Source: the human T2T-CHM13v2.0 reference genome, Homo sapiens
Length of the DNA stretch: 64,000 nucleotides
Assembly (NCBI RefSeq): GCF_009914755.1
Contig: NC_060937.1
Strand: one strand, 5' to 3'
The notes under the pieces were generated by a model. That model ran no database searches. It saw only the letters and a list, made by a program, of their open reading frames with translations, and was not told where the DNA came from. Below are positions 1-12,870 of this stretch, piece after piece; position 1 is the stretch's first letter, and every line of letters starts with the position of its first letter. The translations under genes and the position numbers were made by a program.

Positions 1-845
1 TTGCAGATCCATGAATTTCTTGACAAAAAATTTAGAATAATTTTTCTAAAGAAGCTCAACAATCTATAAGGGAGCACAAATAAACAATTTAACAAATCAT
101 AAAAACAATACAAGAACAAACTAGAAGCTCAATAGAGATAGAAAACATAAAATAAGCAGAAATTGTGGAGCTGAAAAATACTATGATTTAACTAATGTAA
201 TGTCATGCTCTGACAGCAGACTTGATCAAGAAGAAAGAATAAATGAACTCAAAGACAGATCATGTGAAATCATTTAGTCAGAAGAGAAAAAAGAGTAAAA
301 TCGTAAAAGCCAAAAACTATATGGAACACTATTAAAAAAGCAAATTTTTCCAACATAGGAATTTCAGAAGGAGGAGAGAGAGAAAATTGACAGAATGCTT
401 ATATTTTTAAAAATTACTGAAAATATTATAAATCTGGGGAAAGATGTAAACATCTGGGTGCAAAAAGCTCTAAAATCTCCAATCAGATATACCCCAAAGA
501 AGACCTAATCAAGACATATTATAGAAAACTGTCAACATCAAAGGCAAAGAGAACTTTGAAAAGTGTGAAAGATGCATATGCCATACAAGGGGATTTAAAT
601 CAGGCCATAAGAGATTTCTCAACAGAAAACTTGTAGGCCAAGGGAAAGTGAGGTGGTATTTTTGAAGTGCTGAAAGGAGGGGAAAAAAAAAACTGTCAAC
701 CAAGAATATCTTATCTAGAAAGCTGTCATCCAGAAAAGAAAATGAGAATAGAAAAGATTACAAGATTTTCAAAACAAGACAACAATTAACAAAGAGGCAA
801 CTGTATATTCTGACCTATTAATAATTCTGTTAAATGTAAATGGAC
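1..845 (+). mobile_element. Old LINE-1 (L1M) fragment: degenerate ORF1 to the start of ORF2
   Basis: A-rich ORF1-like sequence (agacttgatcaagaagaaagaataaatgaactcaaagacag; ctgtcaaccaagaatatc). It ends in the ORF2 endonuclease N-terminal motif ttaaatgtaaatggac. Many stops and frameshifts. Confidence 0.85.
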
Positions 846-3800
846 AAGGGGATGGAGCAAGTTGGCTGAACAGAAGCCATCACTGATCGTTCTCTCCACA
901 AGAACACCAAATTTAAACAACTGTCTGCACACATATAAACACCTTTGTTAGAACCAAAATTCATGTAAGCAATAAAAGTACCTGGTTTGAACTTCGTATT
1001 GCTGAAAGAATCACTGAAGAGAGTAGGAAAGACAGCCTTGAATTATCAATCCCATACTCATACCCAATACCCCATCAGTAGCTCTGTGGAACAGAGAGAA
1101 TCTATGCATTTGGGGAGAGAGAGCCCAGTGACTGGGAGGCTTTGCATTGAACTCAGTGCTGCCCTGTCACAGTAAAAAAACATGCTGAACTCAGCCGCAC
1201 CCACTCACGAAGGGAGTATTTGGATCAGACTTAGCTAGAGGGGAAACATCCATCCCAGTAGTCATAACTTGACCTTGCCACCATGGGCTAAAGATCTCTG
1301 GAGTTATAAGTAAACTGAAAGGCAGTTTAGGACAAAAGGGTTGCAATTCTTAGGTAAGTACTGATGCTGTGCTGGACTTCGAGGCAGTGGAGTGGGGTGG
1401 TACATGATCTAGTGAGGCACCAAACAGGGTGCGGGGTGGGGAGTGCTTGTACAACTGCTTCCCCAGCACTAGGCAGCGCAGTTCGTAGCAACAAAAGCGA
1501 CTTCTTCCTTACGCTTGAGGAGAAAAGAGAAAAGAGTACAGAAGACTTTGCATCTTGTATGCTAGCTCCACCACAGTAGGATAGAGCACTGCACAGAGTC
1601 ATGAAGTCCCCATCCTAGGGCCTAGCTCCCAAATGATGTTTCTAGACATACCCTGGCCCAGAAGAGAAACCACTGCCTTGAATGAATGGACCCAGTCCTG
1701 GCAGAATTAATTACATCCTGGCTAAAGACCCCTTTGGCCTTTAATAACCAATAGCAATACCCAGGTAGTACGCCATGTGCCTTGGGTGAGACTCTCTGAT
1801 ATCCTGGCTTCAGGTAGCAGCTCTTTCACAGTAGGGTAGAATACCAACTAGGCTCTTGGGGTCCAGGCCTAGGCTCTTACACAGCATTTCTGGACCTACC
1901 CCAGTCCAGAGGGGAACCCACTGCCCTGAAGGCCGAGTCCCAGGCCTGGCAGTATTCAACACAAGCTGACTAAAGAGCCCTTGGGACTAAAGTGAACATT
2001 ATCAGTAGCCTGTCAGAACTCTTCATGGTCCAGGGGTAGTGGTGGCTATGAGGAGAGGCCTCTCTACCTGTGAAAGGGGAAATAAAAAGTGAGAAGGGCT
2101 TTGTCATGTGGTTTGAGTGCCAACTTAGCCACAGTAGAATAGAAGAACACCAGGTAGGTTTCCAAGTTACTTGTCTGTAATCCCTGGCTTCCAGACAGCA
2201 TCCCTGAACACGCTCAGAAAACTACAGGGCAATATCACTGATGAATAATATGTTAATAATTCTCAACAAAATACTAGCATAGTAAATTCAACAATATATT
2301 AGGAAGATCATTCATCAAGACCAAGTAGGGTTTTTCCCAAGGGTTCAAGAAAGGCTCAACATATACAAATGAATAAATGTAATATATCAACAGAATGAAG
2401 GACAAAAGCAATATAATCATTTCAATTGATGCTAAAAGAAACATTTGATAAGGTTCAAATTTCCTTCATGATAAAACCTTCAAAAAACTGGGTATAGAAG
2501 GAACATACCTCAATATAATAAAATACATGTATTAAAGATCCAGAGCTAGTATTATACTGGACAAAAATCGAAAGCTTTTCCTCTAAGATCTGGAACAAGA
2601 CAACAATGCCCATTCTCACCACTGGTATTCAACTTAGTACTAGAAGACCTGGCCAGAGCAATCAGAAAAGAGAAGGGAACAAAGGGCATCCAAATTACAA
2701 ATGAAGAAGTCAAATTATCCCTGCTTGCAGATGATATGATCTTATATTTGAAGGACTTGCAGACCACCAAAAAACTACTAGAATAAATAAACAAATTCAG
2801 TAAAGTTGCAGGGTACACAATCAACATACAAAAATTGTAGCATTTTTACATGCCTACAAGTGAACAATGTAAAAAAAAATCAAAAAAGCAATCTCATTTA
2901 TAATAGCCACAAATAAAATAAAATACCTAGAAATGAACTTAACCAGAGATGTAAAAGATATCTACAATGAAAAATATAAAACACTGATTAAAGAAATTGA
3001 AGAAGATACAAAATATGAAAAGACATTCCACGTTCCTAGATTGGAAAAATAATATTGTTAAAATGTTCATACTACCTAATCTATAGATTTATGGCAATCC
3101 TTATCAAAATATCAATGACATTCTTAACAGAAAAAAAAAATCCTAAAATGTATATGGAAATTCAAAAGACCAAGAATAGCCAAAACTATCCTGAACAGAA
3201 GAACAAAACTGGAGGAATCACATTACCTTGTTTCAATTTATATTACAGAGATACAGAAATCAAAATAGCATAATACTGACATAAAAATAGACACATAAAC
3301 CAATGGAAGAGAATAGAGAACCCAGAAAATAAATCCATATATCTACAGTGATCTCATTTTTGACAAAGTTTCCAAGCAATACTTTGGGGAAAAGTCAGTC
3401 TTCTCAATAAATGATGTTGGAAAAACTGGGCATCCATATGCAGAAGAATGAAACTAGATCCCTATCTCTTGTCATAGAAGAGATATAAAAATAGATTAAA
3501 GACTTAAATCTCAGACATCAAACTATGTAACTCATACAAGTAAACATTGGGGAAACTCTCCAAGGCATTGGTCTGGACAAAGATTTCTTGAATAATACCA
3601 CACAAGCACAGGCAACCAAAGCAAAAATTGGTGAATGAGACCACATCATGTTAAAAAGCATCTGCACAAGAAAGCAAACAATCAACGTAGTGAAGAGATA
3701 ATGGACTGGGAGAAAATTATTTGCAAACTATCCATCTGACAAAGCATTAATAACCAGAACAGATAAGAAACTCAAACAACTGTAGAGGAAAAATATCTGA

Positions 3801-4305
3801 TAATACGATTAAAAATGGGCAAAATACGTGAGTAGACATTTCTCAAAAGAAGACATACAAATGGCAGATAGGTATACGAAAAGGTGCTCAACATCATTCA
3901 TCATCAGATAAATGCAAATAAAAACTACAATGAGATACCATCTCACCCCAGTTAAAATGGCTTAAATCCCCAAAAACAGACAATAACAAATGTTAGTGAG
4001 AATGTACAGAATGCTTGTACACTGTTGGTAGAAATGTAAATTAGTACAACCACTAAGGAGAGCAATTTGGAGGTTCCTCAAAAAACTAAAGCTAGAGCTG
4101 CCATACAATCTATCAATCTTACTGCTGAGTATATACCCAAAATAAATGAAATCAGAATATCAATGAGATATCTGCACTCCCATGTTTATTGCAGTGCTAC
4201 TCATGATAACCAAGATTTGGAAACAACGTAAGTTTCCATCAGCAGATGACTGGATAAACAAAATGTGACAGATATATACAATGGAGTACTATTCAGCCAT
4301 AGAAA
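846..4305 (+). mobile_element. LINE-1 (L1MA1-5/L1M1-type): 5'UTR (846-2215) joined directly to the ORF2 RT/C-terminal half and the start of the 3'UTR
   Basis: 5' end ggatggagcaagttggctgaacagaag with internally repeated UTR units. From ~2216 it is ORF2 RT (aactacagggcaatatcactgatgaa; cttgcagatgatatgatc, the FADDM-like motif at ~2722; gatacca tctcaccccagttaaaatgg). ORF1 and the endonuclease region are missing. Confidence 0.9.
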
Positions 4306-4385
4306 ATTTTAATATTTAACTTAATGACTCAGTCAGTGCCAAAGCAGTTGTTAATGAAGCCTGCATTAGGGAGACTTGGCCTGCC

Positions 4386-4882
4386 ACATATACAACACAA
4401 TGGAATACTATTCAGCCTTAGAAAGAAGTAAATCCTGCCATTTGCAACAACATGGAGGAACTTGAAAGACATTATACTAAGTGAAATTAGCCAGGCACAG
4501 AAAGATAAATACTGCATCATGTCACTTATATGTAGAATCTAAAAAATGTTGAACTCACAGAAGCAAGGCTGGGGCCAGGTTGGGGGTTGCAGGAAACGGA
4601 ATGATGTTGGAGAAAAGGTACAAAATTTCAGTCAGACAGGATAAATAAGTTCTGAATTGCTATGGTATAGCATGGTGACTATAATAATAATAATAACGTA
4701 ATGTATAGTTGAAAATTGCTAAGAGTGTGGATCTTAAATGTTCTCACCACAAAAAATAATAAGTTTATGAGGTGATATATATGTTAATGATATAGCTAAT
4801 ACATACATATATGTCAAAATATGTTGTACATGGTAAATATATACAAATTTTAACTGTCAATTATGCCTTAATAAATCTGGGG
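4386..4882 (+). mobile_element. LINE-1 3' end (older L1MA/L1MB type)
   Basis: caatggaatactattcagcc...atcctgccatttgcaacaacatgg...gaaaattgctaagagtgtggatcttaaatgttctcaccacaaaaa, ending in aataaa. Confidence 0.85.
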
Positions 4883-5283
4883 ACAGGCAAAGGAAAAATA
4901 TTGTAGTTGCCAAAATAGCTAACTGGCAGTAGACTTCATAAGGCCACAACTAGCAAGAAAACAAGCCCTCATATCTTCTTGTTTTAAAAAAATAAATCAT
5001 CTTGCCTTTTGAGAAAGGAGAAAAAGGAAAGGCTAGCCCTTGAAATAGTTTTTTTTTCAGTAGCATAACTTAATATTTTAAATATATTAAATCAGTATAG
5101 TAAATGTTCGTTAAATACGTGGATAAAACTCAGTGAATGTTTTTATCAGTAGATTAGTTTAAAATGAGAAGTAGTAACTAGCAGACTTGAAACAGGTCAA
5201 TAACTGCCCTGAATTATGGAGAAAGAAAAACTGGAAAAGAAGAAAAGGGGGTGATATAAAGAGCTAAAAAGTTTTAGTTGTAT

Positions 5284-5654
<371 letters not shown>

Positions 5655-7421
5655 TTAAGACAGTAACTACACCATGTTTAATTACTGAAAACAACACTCT
5701 CTTTTAACTCTATTGATATTTTATTTGCTTTACTTTGTTTTGTCTCATATTCTTAGTTAAAACTTTTCTTTTATCATCATTTTATTTGTCAAGAGCAAAG
5801 GGAAGCTAGATTGCATCTGTTGGATGAGTGCGGAGAAACCGTGATTGTTAGACCACCAGTTTTTTGGCTGGCTCAGAGGTGAGCAGTCAGGCTAAGTTTG
5901 CCCACTCAGGGAGTCTTTCCTGAAGCTTTCTCTAAAAGGCAGGAATATTTCTAATTTTTGCATGCTAAAATCTTGAGTGCTCAATGAGTAAATATTAAAT
6001 GCTTTGTAACACTTTCATTCTTTCCTTCCGTCAAGGCTACCTATTTTCCCATCTACCTCAAATAAGATCTTGTTTCAGTCCTACAGCTTAAATGTTGATG
6101 TCTGTCACTCTGGCTTTAACTTCCTGGATAGAGTTGGAATAAGAAAGACTGTGGATGTTGTCACTAGTATTGTTGGTGTTGGTTGGTTGGTTTGGTAATT
6201 GTTTTGGTTTAGTCTTTTTCATCGTGGTTGTTGTTCAGGGTTTCCTTTTAATTATGGCTTTGTATATACACAGCACATCTTCTGGGTGATCCTGTATCCA
6301 GCTCAACATGGCTATTGAGACTCATTTGTTTTGTCCTATAGCACCACTCTAACTGATGCAGTCTCATGGACAGAAACTAAACAACGTCTGTGGAATTTCT
6401 GGGAATAAAACCAGCTATAACTTTCTAAAATTATGACAAGTATCTTAAAACTATTCAAGTTCTTATTAGTTACAAATGCCAAAATCTACTAATTGAAATA
6501 AAAATGCAAAAATGACATGTTTTCTGCTTCCAAAAAAAGTTACTATCAAGTACAGAAAAGAAACAAGTAGATAAATGATTACAAAATGGTATAGCTGTTT
6601 CTTTGCATTGGATGATGGTCAGGATACTGGCAACATATAGGAAAGTCAACTTTCATCTTTAACCCTGAAAGTACAGGAGGTCTATTATATGTAGTGATGT
6701 TTCATGTTCTTCTAGGGAATATTAATTTAGGAAAAAAATGAAAGCTCGTAAAAAAAAAATCTTCCCTCTCCATTTTTACCTTCCTGGACATGTGAAGGGC
6801 TAAAGTTTTCTTTGACCTTTGCTACATCTAAAATGATTTGATCATCAAAATCCTAGAAATACATGTCTTTGTTATGAGTTCTGCTCTCCAACTACTAGGT
6901 AGAGTCTATAGACATTATCTTTCATACGAACATCCTGTCCTGGCAGTGGCATTTAATTTGGAACATTTTAATTAATGTAGCAAATTGGCAGTCAACCAAG
7001 AAAAATGGCAATTTGTATTAAACAAAATATGCAGGTTGTGGGGAGGTGAAAGAGGAGGATATACTGAAAATTGGGGTAATCAGACTCATTATATAAAGTT
7101 CCTACTTGTAATAAGTTCCACAATGCATCCGAGGCAGTGAAGGTTTCCAGGGTGAGAAGTCTGCTACTAATGAATCCTATACTGGCTGCAAAGCTGACCT
7201 TCATTTTAATAGAACTATATAAATACCAACTTTATCCCTTTATTGGGAATTTCCACCAAGTTGTTTTAACTAGGAAAAGCTTCTAATATTAAATGATATT
7301 GCCTTGGGAAAGATTAAAGATTATTAAAACATTCATTCTTAACAAGGTAACTAAATACTTTTATTATATGTGTGAAGTATGTTTTTTAAATTCTTTTTTA
7401 TTATTCCAATTGATTGGGCTA

Positions 7422-7631
<210 letters not shown>

Positions 7632-7739
7632 TTAAAAATATATATATTAATGTAAGAGATTCTCAACATAAAATATAAATACTTGACTTACTCATGTTAT
7701 CTTCAAAGTTAAATATGTAGTCTATAAGTGACCCAAAGG

Positions 7740-8233
7740 TGTCAAGAACTGTGAAAGGTCTGAGATTTTTTTCCTTACTTGCAAACTAATGTTAGCTTGC
7801 CACATCTTCATTTTTCTTGGCTGAAGACATGAGACTCCCAGTCAGAGACCAGGAGGTTTATGGCACGGAAGACAACATGAGCACTAACATATTTGTGTTA
7901 GTTCCCCTTATCCCCCAAGTCTTGCAGAGGAAATTAAAATGGGCACAGATTAAATAATACAGTACATGTACTGGACTGTATTACAAGAAAAAGAAAAAAA
8001 CATTGAGCTTAGAGAACTTGGCTCTCTAAATGGATAGTAAGCATGCTTATCCTTTTCTCTGAAGGAGGATGTCATCTTCATAATACTAGATATTTGTAAT
8101 ACTAGTAAGCATGCCTGTCTTCTTCTTTCAAAGGAGACACTATATGTTTCAATGCTATACACCATGCAAACACTTTTTAAAAGATTTTTTTAAAAAAGGC
8201 AGTTAATATCTTGCTCACAAGAATTAGCTCAAC
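7740..8233 (-). mobile_element. 3' LTR of an ERVL-class provirus (LTR40/HERVL40-like by recall)
   Basis: tgtcaagaactgtgaaaggtctgagatt...acttgcaaactaa terminus. The purine tract (gggtgagta on the minus strand) abuts the other end, next to internal env sequence. Confidence 0.75.
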
Positions 8234-9500
8234 AATACTCACCCTTTATTTCTATATTGTCTTCACTTCTAAAAAGATTTTCCATGAGCATTTCATTTAG
8301 TCAGCCATTTGGATTGATTTGGCCTACAGAGACTGCGACATATCCATTTGATTGTCCCATTTAACATTTAATTAAGGCTATTGTCAACACGTTACCAAGA
8401 AGCAAAATGAAGATAGCCTGAGTACTGACCTTACCCATCCCCTCAATGTCCTGGACACAATGTGCTGAACTAGTTCCATAAACCACCAGAGCTTGCCTTA
8501 GAATGTCATGTGACTTTTTTCATTAAATTTCTGTATCTATCTTTCCAGCTTTCCCAAAGCATTAATCCACACTGAAAAGGATGTGTTAGTACTTGTTCAG
8601 ATTCTACCTTGGCCTGCAAAAATAAAATCTTGGACAATTCAGTCATTCACAACAATCCTGATTAATGAGTTGAAACTGACCTTCCAATGCCAAAGTGATA
8701 TCACTGAAAACTTAAGCTAAAATCATGACAAATTCCCTTCCACCTTTTTAATTGGATGGTTCCCATTACTGCCATTACTGGGATAAGAGCTTATAAAGTG
8801 CACATAAATGTGTTAACTTTCTTTCCAGGAAGGTTATTTAAATAGCCAAGGATAGTTTCATTTTGAGGAGATTTTTCACAGTTATCTGAGGGCTATGTAA
8901 TCTGATGGTATTTATTTAAATACTTAAAGATTTCTACAACTACCTATAAGATGCAAACCATCATGTTTCCAACAGGGAGACAATGTCTTCTACACAAAAA
9001 TGCAGCACTGGAAATACACAAAGTGAACCCAAAAAGGAAGTCATGTTATCAACTGTTACGGGCTCATAAGTTTGACCTATATCAGTTGAGGGCACAGATT
9101 GACAGGGCTTCCACAGTGACCTTCTGGCAAGATAGTTCATTTCAAATAACTGAGTTGACTCCATGATTTTGGAAGGACTGCATGAAGGCATTTGTGTGTG
9201 TTCACACCTCTAGCCAAGTAAAATTTATCTCTCTCATTATCTGACTGAGTTATGGCTATGGGAATTGGTGTAAAGAAGATTTCTGGAGGTGTTGACATAT
9301 GTTTTATGTGGGAAGTGCAGAGGCTGAGAGTCATCCCTTGCTGTTCTGATAGACACCTTAGTAGGATTAGAATGAATGGTGATAAAATCATGGTCAGTGC
9401 AAACTGGCAGAGAATGGGAAACCCAGTAGTCAATTAAATGTAATGTACCTGCACAGGTTGGGAGTGGTGCTCCGGAATACTTTTCTTCTTTGAGGAAAAT
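8234..9500 (-). pseudogene. Decayed retroviral env (TM subunit with immunosuppressive-domain remnant)
   Basis: The minus strand 8680-8522 translates VSFNSLIRIVVND*IVQDFIFAGQGRI*TSTNTSFSVWINALGKLE, matching the gamma-type TM pattern SLARVVxDNRIALDFLLAxQGGVCAIANTSCCTWIN. Upstream is a fusion-peptide-like LPG...ALIP...GTIQLK. The upper boundary is approximate. Confidence 0.8.
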
Positions 9501-9852
9501 TTCAGGGGTTTATCTTAATGAGACAGATCATTACTGTTCCTCTCTCTCTTGGTTTTAGTATTCTCTGAGGAGTTTACTTCTCCTTTGCCACAAAATCAGT
9601 GTGTTCCGTTCCACTAGGAATAACTTCACCCTTTTTTCAATCATTCTCTACTCACATGAGAACATTTCATCTGGAATAGTCAGTTCAAGAAGGACAAGGG
9701 AATTTTTAACCAATTACAGAGATCCATTATGACCTTGCCCCCTTTGGTCCACTGTAGAGAAATTTGTCAAACATGTACTTGAACTACCTGTAGTCAACAG
9801 ACAGTGATTTACAGGTAGTGATTATTCTTATGATCTAGAACTCTTCACCAAA
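9500..9852 (-). pseudogene. Decayed ERVL pol C-terminus / dUTPase-region remnant
   Basis: The minus strand gives VEND*KKGEVIPSGTEHTDFVAK, similar to the ERVL pol end (xxGEVxAxGxGxT). Confidence 0.5.
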
Positions 9853-11695
9853 TAAGATAATCCAGAGATTTCACGGAAATTCATTGGGATTGGTAGCACA
9901 CAAACTTGACTATATGTGTGCTCAACTGGGCAATAAATTGTCTTCCTACAATGAAGGAATTAAGGAACAGGTACTGGGATGTAGCTTCAAAGACAGCTGT
10001 TCAGTGGGTTTTTGCTGTCATCTGGGCAAGGGAACTTACTCACTAAGCAGAATGCCAGTCTCTGGTTAGCCTCATTTTAACAAATAGTTATAATAATAAT
10101 AATACCATATGGTTAATGGGCACTGCCTCCTTTGAGACAAGAATCATGGAGTTTTACCCAGGGCTATATACCCACACTGAACATGCATGAAGTAATAGTT
10201 ACCAGGACTGCAGGCAGGAACCAGGTAAATTGTTAAAAATTTGTCTCTTTCATTTGGGAGAAAAGGGGATGGGATGTCAATCTTAGATCCATTTGGAGTG
10301 GGCCCTGGTTGCTCTAAGGCAGATTTGACCATCTTGGTGAGATTTTCCTGAGACAGACAGTCCCTCAGCATCGATGCAAACCACTGAATCAATGAGGTTC
10401 TTTCTTCGCAGAGGCTCTCCTAAATGATTGATTCAAGGAAATCCGACAGTGTATGCTTGGCTGCTGTGGCTTTTCAACTTCAGGGTAAGCTATGAAGAAG
10501 ATTAAAGTGTGTGAGATTGTTCTACTTGGGCAGAACTCAAGGCCATTCTTATGGCTCTGAACAATATTCCCTGTTGATGACTTTGAAATATTAACTCTTG
10601 GGCTATGGCCAATGGCTTATATGTTTGCAGTGCCACTTAGAAAGCTACAGACTTGTAGGTGAATAAAACCCCTCATTGGCCAGTGAATTTTGGAAATAAA
10701 TTTGGGTTGTATTTAATTGCACCACTGTTGCCCAGACCCATCATCACATCACATACAGCAACACACCCACCATTATAGAGTGGACACAAAATAAAATTCT
10801 CTATGATTCCGATGCAGAAGCTACCAGTATATGTCAGCATTTTGAGCGCTTGCATAAATTGTACCCATTTTTCATAGGACGAGGCAAAATGAATTGGAAA
10901 GTAAGCATGAGCCCCTTTCTCTATGGAGGGAGATAGTACTGTGCTACTGTCGTCCAAAGATTTTTCACTTTTTAAAATACAGAGATCTTGAAATATAGTC
11001 TTGAAAAAAGAACAGTTAATTCCTTACTTGCAATACATACAGTATATTACCAGTATATGCTCTTGGAAGATTCGCTATATGGAATCTTTTACTTTTAGTG
11101 GGTCTATTGATGCTGCCTCCCTATTGTTTACACATTTCCATTCTAGGAAGTTCTGGTCTAATCAGTTGATTCCACAACATCACTGTGGCTGCTGAAATCG
11201 TCTGTATCAGATTTTTGACTTTTGAAAGCATTTGCTGTATAATAATTATTTGTCTTTTATTACCAAAGCCACACAACAATGGTTTATACTAAGGCATTTC
11301 ATGGATCATCTATACTCCCCACTATCCACAGTCATATGCTGTTGCTGAGTGTTGGATCAGCCTCAAAGTTGGTTACAATACATTCTGACCACACCACTCT
11401 TACATCCTCTTAGTCCACACACTTTCATAAGGCAATTTTTTTATTCATGTATCTATCCCTAGAATGGGATCACCCACCTCCACTGCATCCCAGTTAATGA
11501 TCAAAGGAAAAGAAATAGGAGGTTATGTACATCTGTTTTTAAAATTCAGAATTACACCCTGTTTAATCTAATGATATTTCTTTCCTTCTCATCACTGTAA
11601 TTCCAGGCCGACTTGGTTAATATACACAAATGATGACTGGCTGGCCAAAAGAGGGTTTGGGTTTTGATGAAAGAGTTCTACATCATAATTATAAT
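9853..11695 (+). pseudogene. Decayed gag-pol (RNase H and integrase) block, inverted relative to the rest of the provirus
   Basis: Plus-strand translations: STWAELKAILMAL (10521) and INSWAMANGLYVCSAT*KATD (10590), which are ERVL RNase H; THHH...IIEWTQNK...AEATSICQHF (~10735-10845), a decayed HHCC finger; FITKATQQW...GISWIIYTP.YPQSYAVAECW (11256-11355), the integrase core. Confidence 0.85.
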
Positions 11696-11735
11696 GTGCA
11701 GATATGTTACAGATCATGGAGAATTGTCTCTCAGA
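11694..11735 (-). mobile_element. Outer ~40 bp remnant of the 5' LTR of the same provirus
   Basis: atgtgcagatatgttacagatcatggagaattgtctctcaga matches the recalled LTR terminus. Flanks aaagg (7735-7739) and atagg (11736-11740) form a plausible 5-bp TSD. Confidence 0.6.
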
Positions 11736-11978
11736 ATAGGGATGTATTTTAAAAAATAAACTTTGGAACACTTGACATATTCTGGAAGATCTATCAATAT
11801 ATAAATGATTTCAAGAAAAATATTCTATGATACATTTTGATATATATCATGTACATGTGAATGTGTGTATGTATATACATGTACATACCATCTGTTATCA
11901 ACCATTTATTTTTCATGTATATAAAATACATATATTGCATATATTTTATGTATTCATATATATGAAAAAATATATATT

Positions 11979-12318
11979 CAGATATGTGCTGCATAATGAC
12001 ATTTCAGTCAACAGTAAACTGCATATATGATGGTGTTCCCATATTAGAACACTCTATTTTTACTGTACTTTTTCTATGTTTAGATATGTTGATACACTAA
12101 CACTTGCCACTATGCTATAATTGCCTGTAGTATTCAGTATAGTTACATGCTGCACAGGTTTGCAGCCTAGGAGCAATACGCTATACCATGTAGCCTAGGT
12201 GTGTATTGGCCTATATCCTCTAGATTTGTATAAGTACATTGTATGATGTTAGCACAACAGCAAAATCACTTAATGGCACCTTTCTCAGAAAGTATTCCTG
12301 TCATTAAGTGAAATGTTA
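11979..12318 (+). mobile_element. Tigger3a/MER7A (TcMar-Tigger MITE)
   Basis: cagatatgtgctgcataatgacatttcagtcaac...caggtttgcagcctaggagcaatacgctataccatgtagcctaggtgtg...tttctcagaaagtattcctgtcattaagtga, next to a TA-rich tract. Confidence 0.9.
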
Positions 12319-12684
12319 TATGAGATAAATAGTTGATAAAATATATCCTTTTATTTTTCCTATTTGGAGATATTCTGCAAATTAATAATTAACAATGCCT
12401 ATTAAATATTTTTATGAGTCACAGTCAGAAAACATGAAAATTTTGACTTGGGGGAAAGTGACACTGTTGTGGATTTTTTTTTAGTTACCATTACACTATT
12501 TGTTTATTTTAGTTAAGTAACCCAATGGTTCCAAAATAAACTTGGTTTAATCTTTTTTTATATATTGGTTTCCAAGAGAACGAAATTTCCAAAACTTTAT
12601 TTAAAAAGTAAATACTATGTACTATGTAAATATTACACTATCTACCCTAAATAAAGAGACTGTTTCTTATACTGAAATAAACAT

Positions 12685-12870
12685 TGAACTTGGCTCTACT
12701 TGTGTCTTAAAAAAATTATATTTACCTCTCCACATGTTTCCCTATTTGTAAAGTGAAGATGCTGGACAAGCTGTTCATTAGCATTTCTTAAGGTCTAATC
12801 ACTGATAGTTATAAATAACTCCTAGGGGATTTGGATGAGTTTGCAATGTAATACATAAAAGTTACTTATA
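12685..12870 (+). mobile_element. MIR-family SINE fragments
   Basis: Degenerate core: tttacctctc...gtttccctatttgtaaagtgaagat. Confidence 0.5.

Noticed and set aside
1570-2215. Degenerate ~250-bp repeat units
   Set aside because: An intrinsic feature of this L1 5'UTR type.
10673-10957. Minus-strand 94-aa ORF in the ERV
   Set aside because: The real retroviral reading is on the plus strand (integrase N-terminus); this is its antisense shadow.
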